From: Azolla caroliniana
Lineage: Eukaryota > Plantae > Polypodiophyta
DNA length: 64,000 nucleotides
Assembly: GCA_043228905.1 (NCBI GenBank)
Contig: JBHGNT010000001.1
Span: 18,724,001 to 18,788,000, forward strand
Direction of reading: 5' to 3'
Positions 23,100 to 35,777 of this stretch are shown here, in pieces; position 1 is the first letter of the stretch; every line of letters starts with the position of its first letter. The notes under the pieces were generated by a model. It was given only the letters and a program-made list of their open reading frames with translations. It made no database searches and had not been told where the DNA came from. The position numbers were made by a program, and so were the translations under genes.

Positions 23100-25046
23100 C
23101 TAGTAGAACTTGGGCAGGCTCTTCTCCTCCAGCATTGCCCGTGCCGCTTCCACAACCGACCGATTTTTCCTCTCGGCCACGCCGTTTTGCTCCGGCATGT
23201 ATCTACAACTGAATTCGCGCCGAATTCCCATCTGCTGTAGATATCCGTTGAATTGACTGGAAAAGTACTCTTTTCCGCCATCCGACCACAGACACCTAAT
23301 CTTTCTTCCTGTTTCCGTTTCCACGAACCCTTTGAGGTCCCGGAAACAGTCGAAGACTTCGCTCTTCCTCTCAATGAGGTAGATCCACGTGTGCCGCGTG
23401 TAATCGTCGATGAAGGAGACGAAATATCGGCTCCCGCCAAGACTAATGTTTTGTGCCGGCCCCCACACATCGGAGTGTATCAAGTCGAGCTTGTTCCAGC
23501 TCCGGTTATGCTCGTTGGGGAAAGGAAGTCGATGTTGCTTCTCAAGCTGGCAGGCTTCACAAATTTGTGCCTTCCGGCCACTAAATTTGGGCAATCCGAA
23601 CACCACTTGTTTCGATTGCAGGTCTTGAAGCCGCTGGTAGTTGATGTCCGACTCGACTTTTTGTCCCTTCGCGAACATTGCGGTGCCACCGTCAGTAGAG
23701 TTGAAGATGAACATCCTCACATCTCTGCGCCCTTGCGCAATAACACGACCTTCTTCCTCAATGAAGCACCCGAGGTGTGTAAACCGGACCTCCATCCCTT
23801 GGTCGACGATCTGTCCGACCGGCACCAAGTTCTTCGTGATTGTCGGAATGTGTAACACGTTCATGAGTTTCTCGTTCTGCCCGACATGGCTCAGGGGAAC
23901 TTCTCTGACATTCACGATTGGATGCGGAGTGTCGTCTCCGGTTGCGACTACTCTCGGTTGCATCGGTTTTTCTAGGTACGAGAACCACTCCTTATGGCTC
24001 GTCATGTGATTTGACGCGCCGGAGTCGACGTACCACACCTCGTCTGATTTCAGGGTGGTCTGCTTCATTGAGTTTTCTTCGTGTCTCATCATGAAGACTG
24101 ACCCTTTTCCGGCTTCTCCGGATCTTTCGGCATAGTGCGATCGTTGCCGATTTCCTTTGTCGGTATGTCCGGAACTTGTTCCAAACCCGGTTCTCTCCGA
24201 ATCGGCGCGCTTTTTCCAGCACTCACTCTCCCTGTGGCCTTTCTTGCCATAGTACCAGCATTCTGTGGCGGGTTTCCCTTGCCGGTTTTCGTTGCCTCGA
24301 CTCCCCCTGTTTCCGGAGGGTCCAGAATTGTTGTTGGCATCACTTCGGTGCCTTCTTCCTTGATCCCGTCGGCCGCCTCCATTGCGTACCGACTCGCCTC
24401 GTCCCCCACGACCACAGGGCCTATCTCCCTCCGGGTACAACATCTTGTTGTCGGCATGCGTGCTTGTCGACGCACCCGCGTGGGTCTCCTCTACCAGGAG
24501 CATCAATTGTAAGTCGAAAAAGGACGAGGTATTCTCCCAGGTACACACAACAGTTCGGAACGCCCCGAACTTCGACACCAGACCCCTGAGACAGACCTGG
24601 ACCATCTCTCTTTCCTCGATGTTCACATTGATGGAAGCTAAGGAGTCGCATATGTCCTTGATCTTCGAGGTATAGTCGGCCACCGACAAATCGCATTGTT
24701 GTAGGTTGCTTAACTCCTGTCGGAGCTGAAGCTTCCTAACTGTGGTGCTTGCGGCGAAGATCTTCTTTAGATTTTCCCACGCACCCTTCGGCGTTTTTGC
24801 ATCCTGAACGTAGCTTAATAGCTGTTCACCCACACAAGACGTGAAACAGTACAACACTCTACTCGCCGATTGTTCCCACGCCGGGAAGTCCTTGTGTGTC
24901 GATTCGGGTGCCGCGTCATTCGCTCCTTCGACATAGCTCCAGTAACCGTGCCCAAGAAGGTATTGGTGCATCTTGTAGGACCAAGATGCGTAGTTGGTTC
25001 TGTCGAGCTTCTCCGTCGGAAGCGAGTTAGCCATTCCTTTGTCCAT
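23100..25046 (-). pseudogene. Copia A gag-protease-integrase ORF (648 aa, premature stop)
   Basis: LPTEKLDRTNYASW, degenerate CCHC, WYVDSGASNHM, HSDVWGP, SDGGKEY, QNGVAERKNR. Confidence 0.93.
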
Positions 25047-25128
25047 CGGTTTTCTTGTTCTTCTTTGTTGGTTTTTCCTTCAAGCAAAGGCGACTGTAGA
25101 GGTTCTCAACCCTCGCACTCTGATACCA

Positions 25129-25526
25129 TGAAAAGAATGGCGTGTGGAAGCAATATAGGAAACCGAACAATAGAGAACGTAGGTTTAATGGAAAGCTTAG
25201 GTTTTCACAGTACGCACGGGAGAGACAGAGAGAAAGTAAGCACGAGAACTCAATTAAAAAATAATACTTGATCTGTACATCGTGTGTGTTCAATGAACAC
25301 TTTTATACAAGTCCTTTTCGGACTGACAGAAGTACTGACAGTACTTCAATGCTCATTAAGGAGCCCCACCCTAACTCCCAAATATATTCCTTGCGGAATA
25401 TCTTTCCGATGGCCTCACGGTTTTGGCACCGATCCGGCCTTCCTATGCACCGGTGTACGTACCGATACCGATCCGGTCCTCGGCTTGCTCAGCCGATCCG
25501 GCCAATGTTGAGCTTGTCTCTCAACA
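25129..25526 (-). repeat. 5' LTR of Copia A
   Basis: Abuts the PBS; pairs with 7897-8293. Confidence 0.95.
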
Positions 25527-26071
25527 CTTCGTCTTTGACAATTGACCAGACGAATGGTGTTTGATGGACGGCTGTATGTTGTGGTGTGACGACATCTGCA
25601 AGATAACTAACATATCATGTGATTCTGCCATCTTATCTACCCCAGGAATCGACTAAGTGCTTTTGCATTGGTCAGCGCCAATGCATCCATGATTGCCTTG
25701 ACCTTGTCAGGGTCGACAACAATGCCATCTCGAATTACAATATGGCCTAACAATGTTCCATTGGTTACCCCAAAAGCACAATTTGCAAGATTAAGACTCA
25801 ACTAAGCCGTTTGGCTTTTCTCCAAACATAGTCGTAAATGCTCAAAATGATAAACTTTCTTGCTATAAACTACAAAATCATCCAGAAATACCTGCATAAA
25901 AGGAATCTAAACGGAAAAAATTTCCATTATAATCCTCTAAAATGTTGTTGGTGCCGTATTTAAACCGAACATCATGACAACTGCAACAAAGACTCCCCAC
26001 TCAGTGACGAATGTCATTTTTTCCTGGTCATCTAGGTGCATTCAAATATGATTATAGCCATTAAACCCTCC
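25527..26071 (-). mobile_element. Gypsy Z reverse transcriptase remnant
   Basis: Minus translation DQEKMTFVTEWGVF..MMFGL, FLDDF, LLGHIV; contiguous with 7896 once A is removed. Confidence 0.85.
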
Positions 26072-26609
26072 TGATGGAGAGATATAGAAAAATATAGAGA
26101 AGAGAATAGGAAGAGAAAGGACTCCAAAAATATACTATTAGGAAAATCATATCATCTTTTTAGACTCCAAAAATAACAACCCCACCAAAGAACTACGTTA
26201 ATCTCAATGACACTAATCGATAATAGACTTTCCTTCTTCCGTCTTTCTTTTACTAAGACTCCTCTCACTTCTTTTATCCTTCTTATTCTTCCTTCTTCCT
26301 AATTGCTAAGAATACCCTCCTATTTATAGGTTTTTAGTTGCGTTATTCTTGTTTTTTTCTTTTTTACATATCCTCAAGTTTATGTGAGATTTTTTTTTTA
26401 TATCACTATTTTTGCTTTGTCATCCCAAATTTATCATACAAGAAAGCTCTCTTTTTCAACTTTCCTATGAATCTTTTATTTTGAAATTTGGATATGAGAT
26501 GAGGAAGTTATGAGCTTTTTTCTTTTTTCTTGCTTTTTTTACTTTTGAAAAACGCCTCAAACTTATCCCTTCAAGTTCCTTCCTCCAATAATACTTGATT
26601 CCTTCACAT
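26072..26609 (-). mobile_element. LTR-like AT-rich remnant, ends uncertain
   Basis: Starts with TG where the Z RT stops; minus-strand CCTATAAATAGG near 26320 with a CT-rich tract downstream; no TSD found. Confidence 0.4.
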
Positions 26610-27523
26610 TGTTCTTTATTATTAGACCTCTTAGCATCCAACATATTTGCAACAATCTTTTCTTATGAACAAGGACTGACTTCACATTTAGCCCCCTCCT
26701 TACTTGTTGAGCGAACCATTTATGGTGAGCCTAAAAAAGAAGATGAAAAAACTCCTTCGCCTTATCGTAAGCTATAGACAAAGGAGTATAAATACTAAAA
26801 ATGTAACAAAGTATTGTGTGAGAAAAAATCCCCATTAAGAAAGAGGATAACACAATTATTATGTCTTTATCAACTCTCGGAATACAAGTAGGGCCATGCA
26901 ATACATAGTTCTTGATAGAAGTAGACATGTCAACTGTAAAGAATCAAGAGATGGATTCTGTGCACCAGAATAGATATGAATTGTGTGTGTGTATGAGAGA
27001 GAGAGAGTGAGAGAGAGACAAGGAGTAAGACACAAAGAATACGCAAGGTAAAGTATATTAACAAAGGAGAAAGACTCAACTAAATATAAGGTGGGAGGAG
27101 GGTGCTTTATATAGTCACCCTCTCTCTTCATTAACTACAAGACTCATGGAGCATGGGCAATGTGAAAGCTCATAAGTTATGTGTCATAGAATATGATTCT
27201 ATGACTCATACTAAATGCTAGAATACAAAGAGGTGACATAATGGTGACTCTTGACCGTTGGAGTGTCTATTCACTCTCAAGGTGAGTTCACACACTAGAC
27301 CAAGTTGAGCTTGTTCTGAACACGCCCCCTCAAGCTCAAGTCGGGTCGGTTTCAGACGGTATCCGAAATCCACTTCGACTCGCGTCGACTCGCATTTCTG
27401 CGGAGTTGTGGAAGTTGTGCACCAACTTGTGTTGTGCGTAGTTGCGAAGTTTGTGCTTCGACTTGCGTCTTTCTTCGCGGCTTTGCGCGGTAGATCAGCT
27501 CTTCGTGGCTTCGTTGCGCGGAT

Positions 27524-27695
27524 GCATAATCCACGCATTATTGCGTAGTGTGCGCGATTTGCGGAATCCACGCGTTATTGCGTAATGTGCACGGTTTGCG
27601 GAATCCACGCGTTATTGCGTAATGTGCGCGATTTGCGGAATCCACGCGTTATTGCGTAATGTGTGCGATTTGCGGAATCCATGCGTTATTGTGTA
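27524..27695. repeat. 37-bp minisatellite in the 3' UTR of D
   Basis: gcggaatccacgcgttattgcgtaatgtgcgcgattt-type units at 27561, 27598, 27635 and 27672. Confidence 0.9.
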
Positions 27696-29028
27696 GCGCC
27701 TTCAGTACTCCCCTCAAGCTTGGCAGGTCAGGGATCGTCAACCCGAGATCGGTCATGAATTGCCATAGCTTGTCGGCTCCTAAGGCTTTAGTGAAGATAT
27801 AGGCCATTTGAAGATTGGTGCTAATGTGTTGTAGGTCGACATCGCCAGCTAGAACGTGCTCTCAGATGAAGTGATAGTGCACTTCGATGTGCTTTGTCTG
27901 CACGTGGAACACCGGGTTCCAAGCCAGATAGATACTGCTCATGTTGTCACAGTAAAGGGAAGTCAGATCCTTGATGGGTATGTCCAGATCCTTGAGTATC
28001 CTTTTGAGCCATATGGCTTCACATGCGGCCACTGTCGCGCCCCTTTATTCCACCTCTGTGCTCGAAAGAGCGACGGTTGGTTGCTTTTTGCTGCTCCAGG
28101 ATATTGCTCCGCTGTCGAGGAGAAAACAAATCCGGATGTTGATCTTCTATCGGCTTTGTAGCCGGCCCAATCGGCGTCTGTGTACCCCTCGAGTCGTATT
28201 GGCATCGCGGTCTTGTAGAGGATGTCGCAATCCATTGTGCTGCTCACGTATCGTAGAACTCGCTTAACACAATCCAAGTGAGTATCATGCGGTGTTTGCA
28301 TGAATTGACTAAGGAGACCGACCCAATAACTAAGATCGGGTCGAGTGATTGTGAGTGAGACTCCCGATGAGTTGCCGATACTGAGTCAGCTCACATGCTT
28401 TGGTGTCGGAGTTCGTATCTAGTTTGAGATTGCGATCGAGCGGGGTTGCCGCTGATTTGCACTCAACCATCCCAAACTTGTATAACAAGTTGAGGATGTA
28501 GTGCTGTTGAGAGATCATGATTTCGGCTGGAGTTTGAATTACCTCGATGTCGAGGAAGTAGTGGAGCTCCTTCATTTCCGTCATTTCGAACTTGTCGGAA
28601 AGGAGGGATTTGACCTTATTGATTTCGTCGAGATGCTCACCTCCAATGACTAGGTCATCCACATATAAGATGATGACGATCGGACTTGTGGAATCGCTTC
28701 GTATGTAGAGGGAGTTGTTCGATTTTGACATCCAGAAGTTGATTTGATGAAGATATTGCGTTATCTTCGAATGCCAAGCACACGGTGCTTGCTTGAGCCC
28801 GTAGAGTGGCTTCTTGAGTCGGCATATTGCTTTTGGATGGGTGCTCGAGTTGAAACCGGGTGATTGTATCATGGGTGCTCAGTCGGGTCGTGATCTGACT
28901 TTCTTCGAACATGTGCGTAAGGCAATCTTCATCCTCTATCTCTTGTTCGGCGGATTCCGGGTCGAGCGGAGTTGGAGTCGAAGTTGTCTCTGGTGCGTAC
29001 CAGGATGCGGATTCGTCAAAGACGACGT

Positions 29029-29754
29029 TGTCGTGAAGGATTTGCTTCACGATATAAAAATAAATTTAAATATTGAATTCAGTAATATTTCAAACACTTG
29101 AACCTACAACCTTATAAGCCAAGCACAATGTATATACCACTAGGGTAGGCTATTTGTTTTTAGAAATGTTATCAAGAATGTGCTTCACTATATAAGAATC
29201 AACTTAAATATTGTATTAAGCAAAGTTGAGGGACTTGAACCCTCAACCTTGTATATCAAGCACAAAGCATACACCACTAAGCTAGATTATTTGTTTTAGG
29301 GTTATATCCATCATTATACTTATCCCAATACATGGGAGCTCAAATGAGCATGATGGCTATCATGCATCACATGCAATGCATGTGCGCCAAATGGTGATCA
29401 TGCATCAAATGTAACTCATGCATGCCATTACCATATGCATGGAAATACTTATAAAAAGAGGGGATAGGAAAACAAAAGGGGATCAATCAAGGGAGAGAGG
29501 GAAAATAATATACTCAAGTAAAGAAGACTAGCTCATTGGGTGGAGAACCTCTCGTTTCAAAGTTGAGGTCGAGGGTTCAAATCAAGGGTCGGTATTGAAA
29601 AGATTCATCTTGCGATCAAGGATTGTAAAGTTGGTTAAATATTATATTTTTAATATACATCATGTTTATATCATATACTCTTGTTCTTTGAATCATACTT
29701 TGTCTCAATCTTCTTTCTTGAATCATACATTGTCTCTCTCTTTTATCTATGCTC

Positions 29755-29798
<44 letters not shown>

Positions 29799-29935
29799 TT
29801 ACTTGTAACTCTTCGTCTTACTATCCTTAACCATTCTATCATCACCATACAAGCCTTATTAAAACTTAAGTTTCTTCAACTCCCCTTAACCTTAGTCCCC
29901 GCGACTTCGCCGCACGAACCACAACTACCCCGACA
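29029..29935 (+). mobile_element. 907-bp solo-LTR-like insert, TGTCG...CGACA, 4-bp TSD ACGT
   Basis: ACGT at 29025-29028 and 29936-29939; removal restores the D integrase *DVVFDE segment as in E; TTATAAAAAGAGG near 29449; CT/CA tract. Confidence 0.82.
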
Positions 29936-30593
29936 ACGTCTCAACTTACTCGAGATTTTCGAGTTCAGGGGTTGTAGACCTTGTACCCACCCCTTTTGCT
30001 CCAGTGAGTATCCTACGAGGATACATTTCTCTCACTTCGGGTCAAGCTTTTGACGCTTCTCTATCGCGCCGAATATCTGGGTGTGCGATAAGTCTAGCTT
30101 CTTTCCGAAGTATTTTTCGTGCCGAGTGACCTCGTGCACTCCGGATGTTGTGCACCGGTTCATTAGATAGACGACCGTATTTGCAGCTTCAGCCCAATAT
30201 GACTTGGGCATATGCTTCTCGTTCATCATGGCCTGCGCCACTTCGAGGATGTACCGATTTTTGCGCTCGGCTACTCCGTTTTGTTGCGGAGTGTGTCAGC
30301 AAGTGAATTCTCGCCGAATTCCTTCCTTTCGGAGATATGCCGTGAAATCGTCCGAGAAGTACTCCTTGCTGCCATCCGATCGAAGGCATCGTACATGTCG
30401 GCTTGTGGCTTTCTCGACTTCATTCTTGAATTTTTGGAAGTGTCCGAACACTTCGCTCTTTTGCTGCATCGGGTAGATCCAAGTGTGCCTAGAGAAGTCG
30501 TCGATGAAGAGTACGTAATATCGGCATCCGCCGAATGTAGCCGTCTGTGCCGGTCCCCATACGTCGGAATGGACTACGTCGAATAGACCTTTG

Positions 30594-31273
30594 TGTCGAG
30601 GAATACGCGGAATAGTCTTCGACAACAACCGAAGAGTGAATCACTTTGTACAGTCGAACACAGAAGAAATGAAGAATGGAGGTAAGTGCACAAACAGAAA
30701 AAAGAAGAAGAGAATACACAGGATATTAACGTGGAAAACCCTGAGAGGGAAAAAACCATGGGAGTCTACAGACTCCAAACTATCACTATATCACAATGAT
30801 TACAACAGTGAGCTCATGGAGGCAACGGCCTCGTGCTCACGATCTTCGCCACAGACGGCGATTACAACAGAGGCAACGACCTCTCTATATCTCGAGCTCA
30901 CTCACTCTCTCTCTCTCTGTACACGGTTGCTCTCTCACAATCGCTACAACAACAATGACAACCAATACACTAAGTTTGCCCTAAGTCATATTTATACTAA
31001 AATGACTTTTTGGCTATTTATAAATATAGCCTCGATAGACTCTCAGAAACATATTTACGAATATGTCCCTTCATCCGGTGAGCATTCCTCACCGGGCCTG
31101 CATCATCCGGCGCTTGCCGGGCACTCATCATCCGGTTTTCACCGGGTCTTCCGTTTTCGGGTACTCCTCATCCGGTTCTCACCGGGTCTTCCGTTGTCGG
31201 GTACTCCACATCCGAGTTTGCTCATCAACACTGTTCTTCTCACTTCCCATCTGGAGGGACCTATTTCCTAACA
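30594..31273 (-). mobile_element. Solo LTR, family F (680 bp)
   Basis: TGTTAGG...CGACA on minus; TSD CTTTG (30589-30593, 31274-31278); homologous to 59122-59767. Confidence 0.9.
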
Positions 31274-33619
31274 CTTTGCTCATATTCCGCTTTTCGGGAA
31301 TGGGTGTCGGTGTTGCTTGCCGAATTGGCACGCTTCGCATACACCTTCAATCTCTTTCTCTTTGAATGTCAGAAGTCCGATGACGACTCCTTTCGATTTC
31401 ATTGCTTTGAGTTTGTTGAGATTGATGTGGCCGATTCGCTTGTGCCATAGCTCTATGTTGGAGTCGGCTTTCATGCCCTTTGCGAACATGGCCGATTTCA
31501 TCTCATGTGAGTCGAGAATGAACATTCGGCCCTCTCTTCGTCCGCATGCGATGAGTCGGCCCACTTTTTCGATGAAGCAACCGCCTTGATTAAATCGAAC
31601 TTGCATCCCTTGCTCTACAATTTGGTTGACGGAGACCAAATTCTTTGTAATGGTCATCGGCACATGCAAGACATTTTTAATGTAATTTTGCTTACCTTCT
31701 TTTCCGAACGCAACATTGCCGATGTGCCGAATCGGGTGCATAGTGTCATCTCCGGTTTCGACATAGCCAGGTCGGTCCGGCTCTCGAAGTTCTCGGAACC
31801 ATTCTTGATGCGATGTCATATGGTTCGAGGCACCGGAATCGACGAACCATACGTCTTCCGGACCAAAGGCATTAGTTGAGGTAGAGGCCGACATAGAGTT
31901 TGCTCTATGTTTCATCATGAACATTCCGCCACGGTCGGAGTTGTGTGCATACATTCCGCCACGATCTTCGTAGTCAGAGTTGTGCCCGTACATTCCACTA
32001 TACTCTTCGTAGTCGGAATTGTGCACGTAATTCGTGAGTTGTCAGCTTGTGGAATCTGATCGTGCATCTTCTTTCGGCACTCTTCTTCATGGTGGCCGAG
32101 CTTTCCGCAATATCCGCATTCGGTTGAGTTTTGATGGCTCGGGGCGGAGTAGAAGCTCCCCCTTCTTGCGAAGGTTCCTCATTGGCTTCCGTTTTGCGGC
32201 CGAAATTGGGAGTTGTTGTTGTAGGTCGGACCTCGTCCGCCTTGTCCTTGGCCGAATCGGCCTCTCGCTTGTCCGCATCCTCCTCCTCCGTTTGAGTGTG
32301 TGTAGAGCATGTCGCCTTCCGACTCATTGCTCCTTGTACGCACGTGGTTGTCTTCGACCAATAGCATTGATTGGAGCTCGAAGAAGGAGGGAGATTTCTC
32401 CCTTGCTAGAATGCCGGTTCGCATCGCGCCGAACCGTGGTGCGAGGCCGTCGAGGCATATTTGCACCATCTCATCATCATCTATACTTACTCTTATCGAG
32501 CCAAGCGAGTCGCAAAGCTCCTTGATCTTCAAGGTGTATGTCGTGATGGACATGTCCCTTTGTTGAATGTTGTTCAACTCTTAGCGTAGTTGAACCCTTC
32601 TTGCGGTTCTGTTCGCCGCGAAAATCTTTCGAAGATTTTCCCATGCCTCCTTCAGCGTCTTGGCTTCGCGAATGTAGCCAAGCATGTGATCGTGAACACA
32701 TGTCGCCAAGAAATACATCACGCGGCTTGCAGCTTGCTCCCATGTCGCGTATCCGGGAGCCGCTTCGGCAGGTCGGTCTTCATGCTCTCCTTTGATGTAG
32801 CTCTAATAGCCTTGTCCGACAAGGTATTGGTGCATCTTGTACTCCCAAGATGCGAAGTTGTTTCGATCCAACTTCTCAGTAGGGAGAGCGCTCCCCATTT
32901 GAGTATTCATTATGTCGATTCTTCTTCTTCTTCTTCTTCTCTCTTTGAATGTGAGCTATGTAGTGAAGCTACGATAGCGATGAGCCGGTTCTTGGTCGTC
33001 GGCGTAGAGCACAACACACGATCACAATGAGGCGAATGGTCTAGATCGAGCTACCAAATCGCTCTGATACCATGTAAAGAATCGGGTATGATTCTTATGT
33101 AGTAGAATAGGTGTGAACTGTGTGTGTATGAGAGAGAGAGAGAGAGAGTGCAAGAGACAAGGAGTAAGACACAGAGAATACGCAAGGTTAAGTGTATTAA
33201 CAAAGGAGAAAGACTCAACTAAATACAAGGTGGGAGGAGGGTGCTTTATATAGTCACCCTCTCTCTTCATTAACTACAAGACTCATGGAGCATGGGGAAT
33301 GTGAAACCTCATAAGTTATGTGTCATAGAATATGATTCTATGACTCATACTAAATGCTAGAATACAAAGAGGTGACATAATGGTAATTCTTGACCGTTGG
33401 AATGTCTATTCACTCTCAAGGTGAGTTCACACACTAGACCAAGTTGAGCTTGATTCTCAACATCAACATATGAATAAACCTTTCAAGCGAGCAAACATTT
33501 TACACCAATACCTTCAAAGTTTTGCGACTTGTTGGAGTTGTCACCTTTTGAATTACTTCGATCTTTACTTCATCAACATGACTTCCTTCTTGACATGCCA
33601 CATTCTCCACATTACCTTG

Positions 33620-34419
33620 TCTTGTATGTACGACTATTTCATCTAGAATGTCATCTCGGAAAGGAAGTGAAAACTGATCTCATGTGGGGGAATTGTTCAA
33701 GGGTTTGAAGTCGATGTCATTGTTCTTTGGAACCACAACAATATGTGACACACACTTCAAATCCTCCACATGATAAATGAAACTCTTTTGCAACATTGCT
33801 TTGAACTCCTTTATAAGGTCTTCCTTTTGCGCAATCCCCAATCGCCGAAGCTTTTGGGTAATTCGTACACTTTCCTTCAACTTGATGTGGTGCTTGTGCC
33901 TTCTCTTATTTGTGAATAGTCATTTATGAATATGGCCTAATAATGTTCCACTGGTTACCCCAAAATCACATTTTGTAGGATTAAAACTCAACCGAGTCAT
34001 TTAGCATTTCTCTAAACACAGTCGTAAATGCTCGAAATGATCAACTTTCTTGCTATAAACTGCAAAATCATCCAGAAATACCTACATAAAAGGAATGTAA
34101 TCAACAAAAATTTCCATTATGATCCTCAAAAATGTTTCTGGTGCCATCTTCAAGCCAAACATCATGACAATTGCAACAAAGACTCCCCACTTGGTGACGA
34201 ATGTCGTTTTTTCTGGATCATCTAGATGCATTGGATTTTGTTATAGTCACTAAACCCATCCAGAAAACTATATATTTCAGGTCCTGCTACGACATCAAGA
34301 ACTCCATCAGTAAAAGGTAAAGGAAATGCATCTGTGGTGGTTATGGCATTGAGTTTTTGACAGTTGACACAAACTCTAATCTTGTCGTGTTTCTTTGGTA
34401 CAACTACTATCAGACTCAA
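33620..34419 (-). mobile_element. Two juxtaposed old Gypsy RT remnants
   Basis: 33680-33880 (HIVVVPK..IDFKPLN) and about 33930-34419 (VVPKKHDKIRVCVN..FLDGFS), the latter a diverged homologue of 25740-26070. Confidence 0.75.
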
Positions 34420-35777
34420 CCATATGGCTCAAGAGGCTATTAAGGGATCTGCAAGTGGAGGTGTCCGAACGACAGTAATATACTGCGACAACCTCAACAA
34501 CATCCAACTAGCTAAGAACGAGTCCTCTTTGGTGAAGTGGAACTCATGTATGTTTCGACGGATCAGCAAGCTGCCGATATCTTCACCAAACTTCTCAGCC
34601 TAGACAAGTTGCGACATTTCTCGAGTATGCTTGACTTGCAGCACCTCGACATCCTGAACTTGAGGGGGAGAAGTAGCGAAATCAAAGGTGAAAAGGAGAG
34701 AGATGAAGTCTAAAAAGCCAAATTGGACGTGGAATTCAATTTTGGGATGGTTGAAGAAGTCGAGGACAAATGCAGGGGGAGTGATAAAAAAAACGAGCCG
34801 GAGTAAGAATCAACCTAACAAGGGGGAGTTAGAGCCGAGAAAGGGAAGGCAGGTGGTAGAGCCAAGAAGGGCAAAGCCGACATGAACAAGAAGAGCATGA
34901 CCAGGACATGGTTAGATGTGGTCGAGGGCCTAGAAGAAGACGAATTGGAGACAACTGATTCAGACAAGAGTGGGATCGAATTAGAGACTGCGGATTTGGT
35001 CGAAAGGCATGATTCGAGCGAGCTCAATCACATGGAGGCCAAGCTGACGAGAGGGTAGTTGAAGCTGACATCGAAATGAAGGAGTAGACGGGTTGAAGGG
35101 TGCCAATGTTGAGACAGAGAGGGAGCTGATAAGGGCCTGAAGAGTAGGCGAGTTGACCATAGGGATTGAGGTGCGCGGGATTGGATGGGTCAAGAAGCAT
35201 TAGACCGGAGGAGTCATGGAACGCGGGACCAGACCAAACGAGGAGCGCAAGCAAGGCATGAAGATGTTAGGAGAAATCGGAGCCTAGAACTTGCTGGAGC
35301 TGACACATCAGGACCTCAAGTTGAGCTTTAGGGGGAGTGTTGAGTGACAAGCTCAACATGGGCCAAATCGGCTGAAGAAGTCGAGAGCCGGATCGAATGA
35401 AGATCGATCGACTAGGCCCGAAAACCAAATCGTCTGATCAAGTAGGATGGAATCCAATAGACCGTTTGGATAACCTATATGCCTATTTTAGTGAATAGGC
35501 CTATTATAGGCAAATTAGTGTCAAGCTCATTTATGAGCATTAAAATACTGATAGTACTTGTGTCAGCCCACTCGTTAGGGCTTGTATAAAAAGTGCTCTA
35601 TGAGCACATTGTATGTATAGAGAATATTTGCTAATTGAAGTTTGGTTGTCTACTCTATCTTTGTCTCTCTCTCACGCGTTTATCCATTCTCTATGTTTTT
35701 ACCTAACTGTTGTATTTCTAGATAACTGACTGTGTATTTTGTGCTTTGTCTAACGCCTTTGCACGTAATCTTTTACA
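34420..35777 (+). mobile_element. Truncated older Copia J of the A/B group: RNase H relic, 3' spacer, PPT and LTR 35338-35777
   Basis: IWLKRLL, YCDNL, ADIFTK, LNLRG; TTAGGGGGAG then TGTTGAGTGACAAGCTCAACA...TTTTACA. Confidence 0.85.

Larger units (their letters stand above)
7897..25526 (-). mobile_element. Ty1/Copia element A (defective), host of B and C
   Basis: LTR pair 7897-8293 and 25129-25526; PBS TGGTATCAGAGT at 25117-25128 (tRNA-iMet type); PPT at 8294-8305; TSD CTTTG/CTTCG (7892-7896, 25527-25531); Gypsy Z continues on both sides. Confidence 0.95.
26935..33462 (-). mobile_element. Ty1/Copia element D (defective; same family as E)
   Basis: LTRs 26935-27322 and 33073-33462; PBS TGGTATCAGAGC at 33061-33072; PPT at 27323; TSD TCAAC (26930-26934, 33463-33467); gag ATG at 32910, DSGAS protease, INT, partial RT, RNase H. 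Confidence 0.95.

Noticed and set aside
27524-27695. 37-bp repeats as a CRISPR array
   Set aside because: Head-to-tail units without unique spacers, no cas genes, eukaryotic TE context
29225-29583. Functional tRNA genes
   Set aside because: Only A/B-box similarity; no complete cloverleaf or clear anticodon arm
29021-29939. Insert read as a Helitron or an 8-bp-TSD element
   Set aside because: No TC...CTRR ends; TGTCG...CGACA with a perfect 4-bp TSD fits without mismatches
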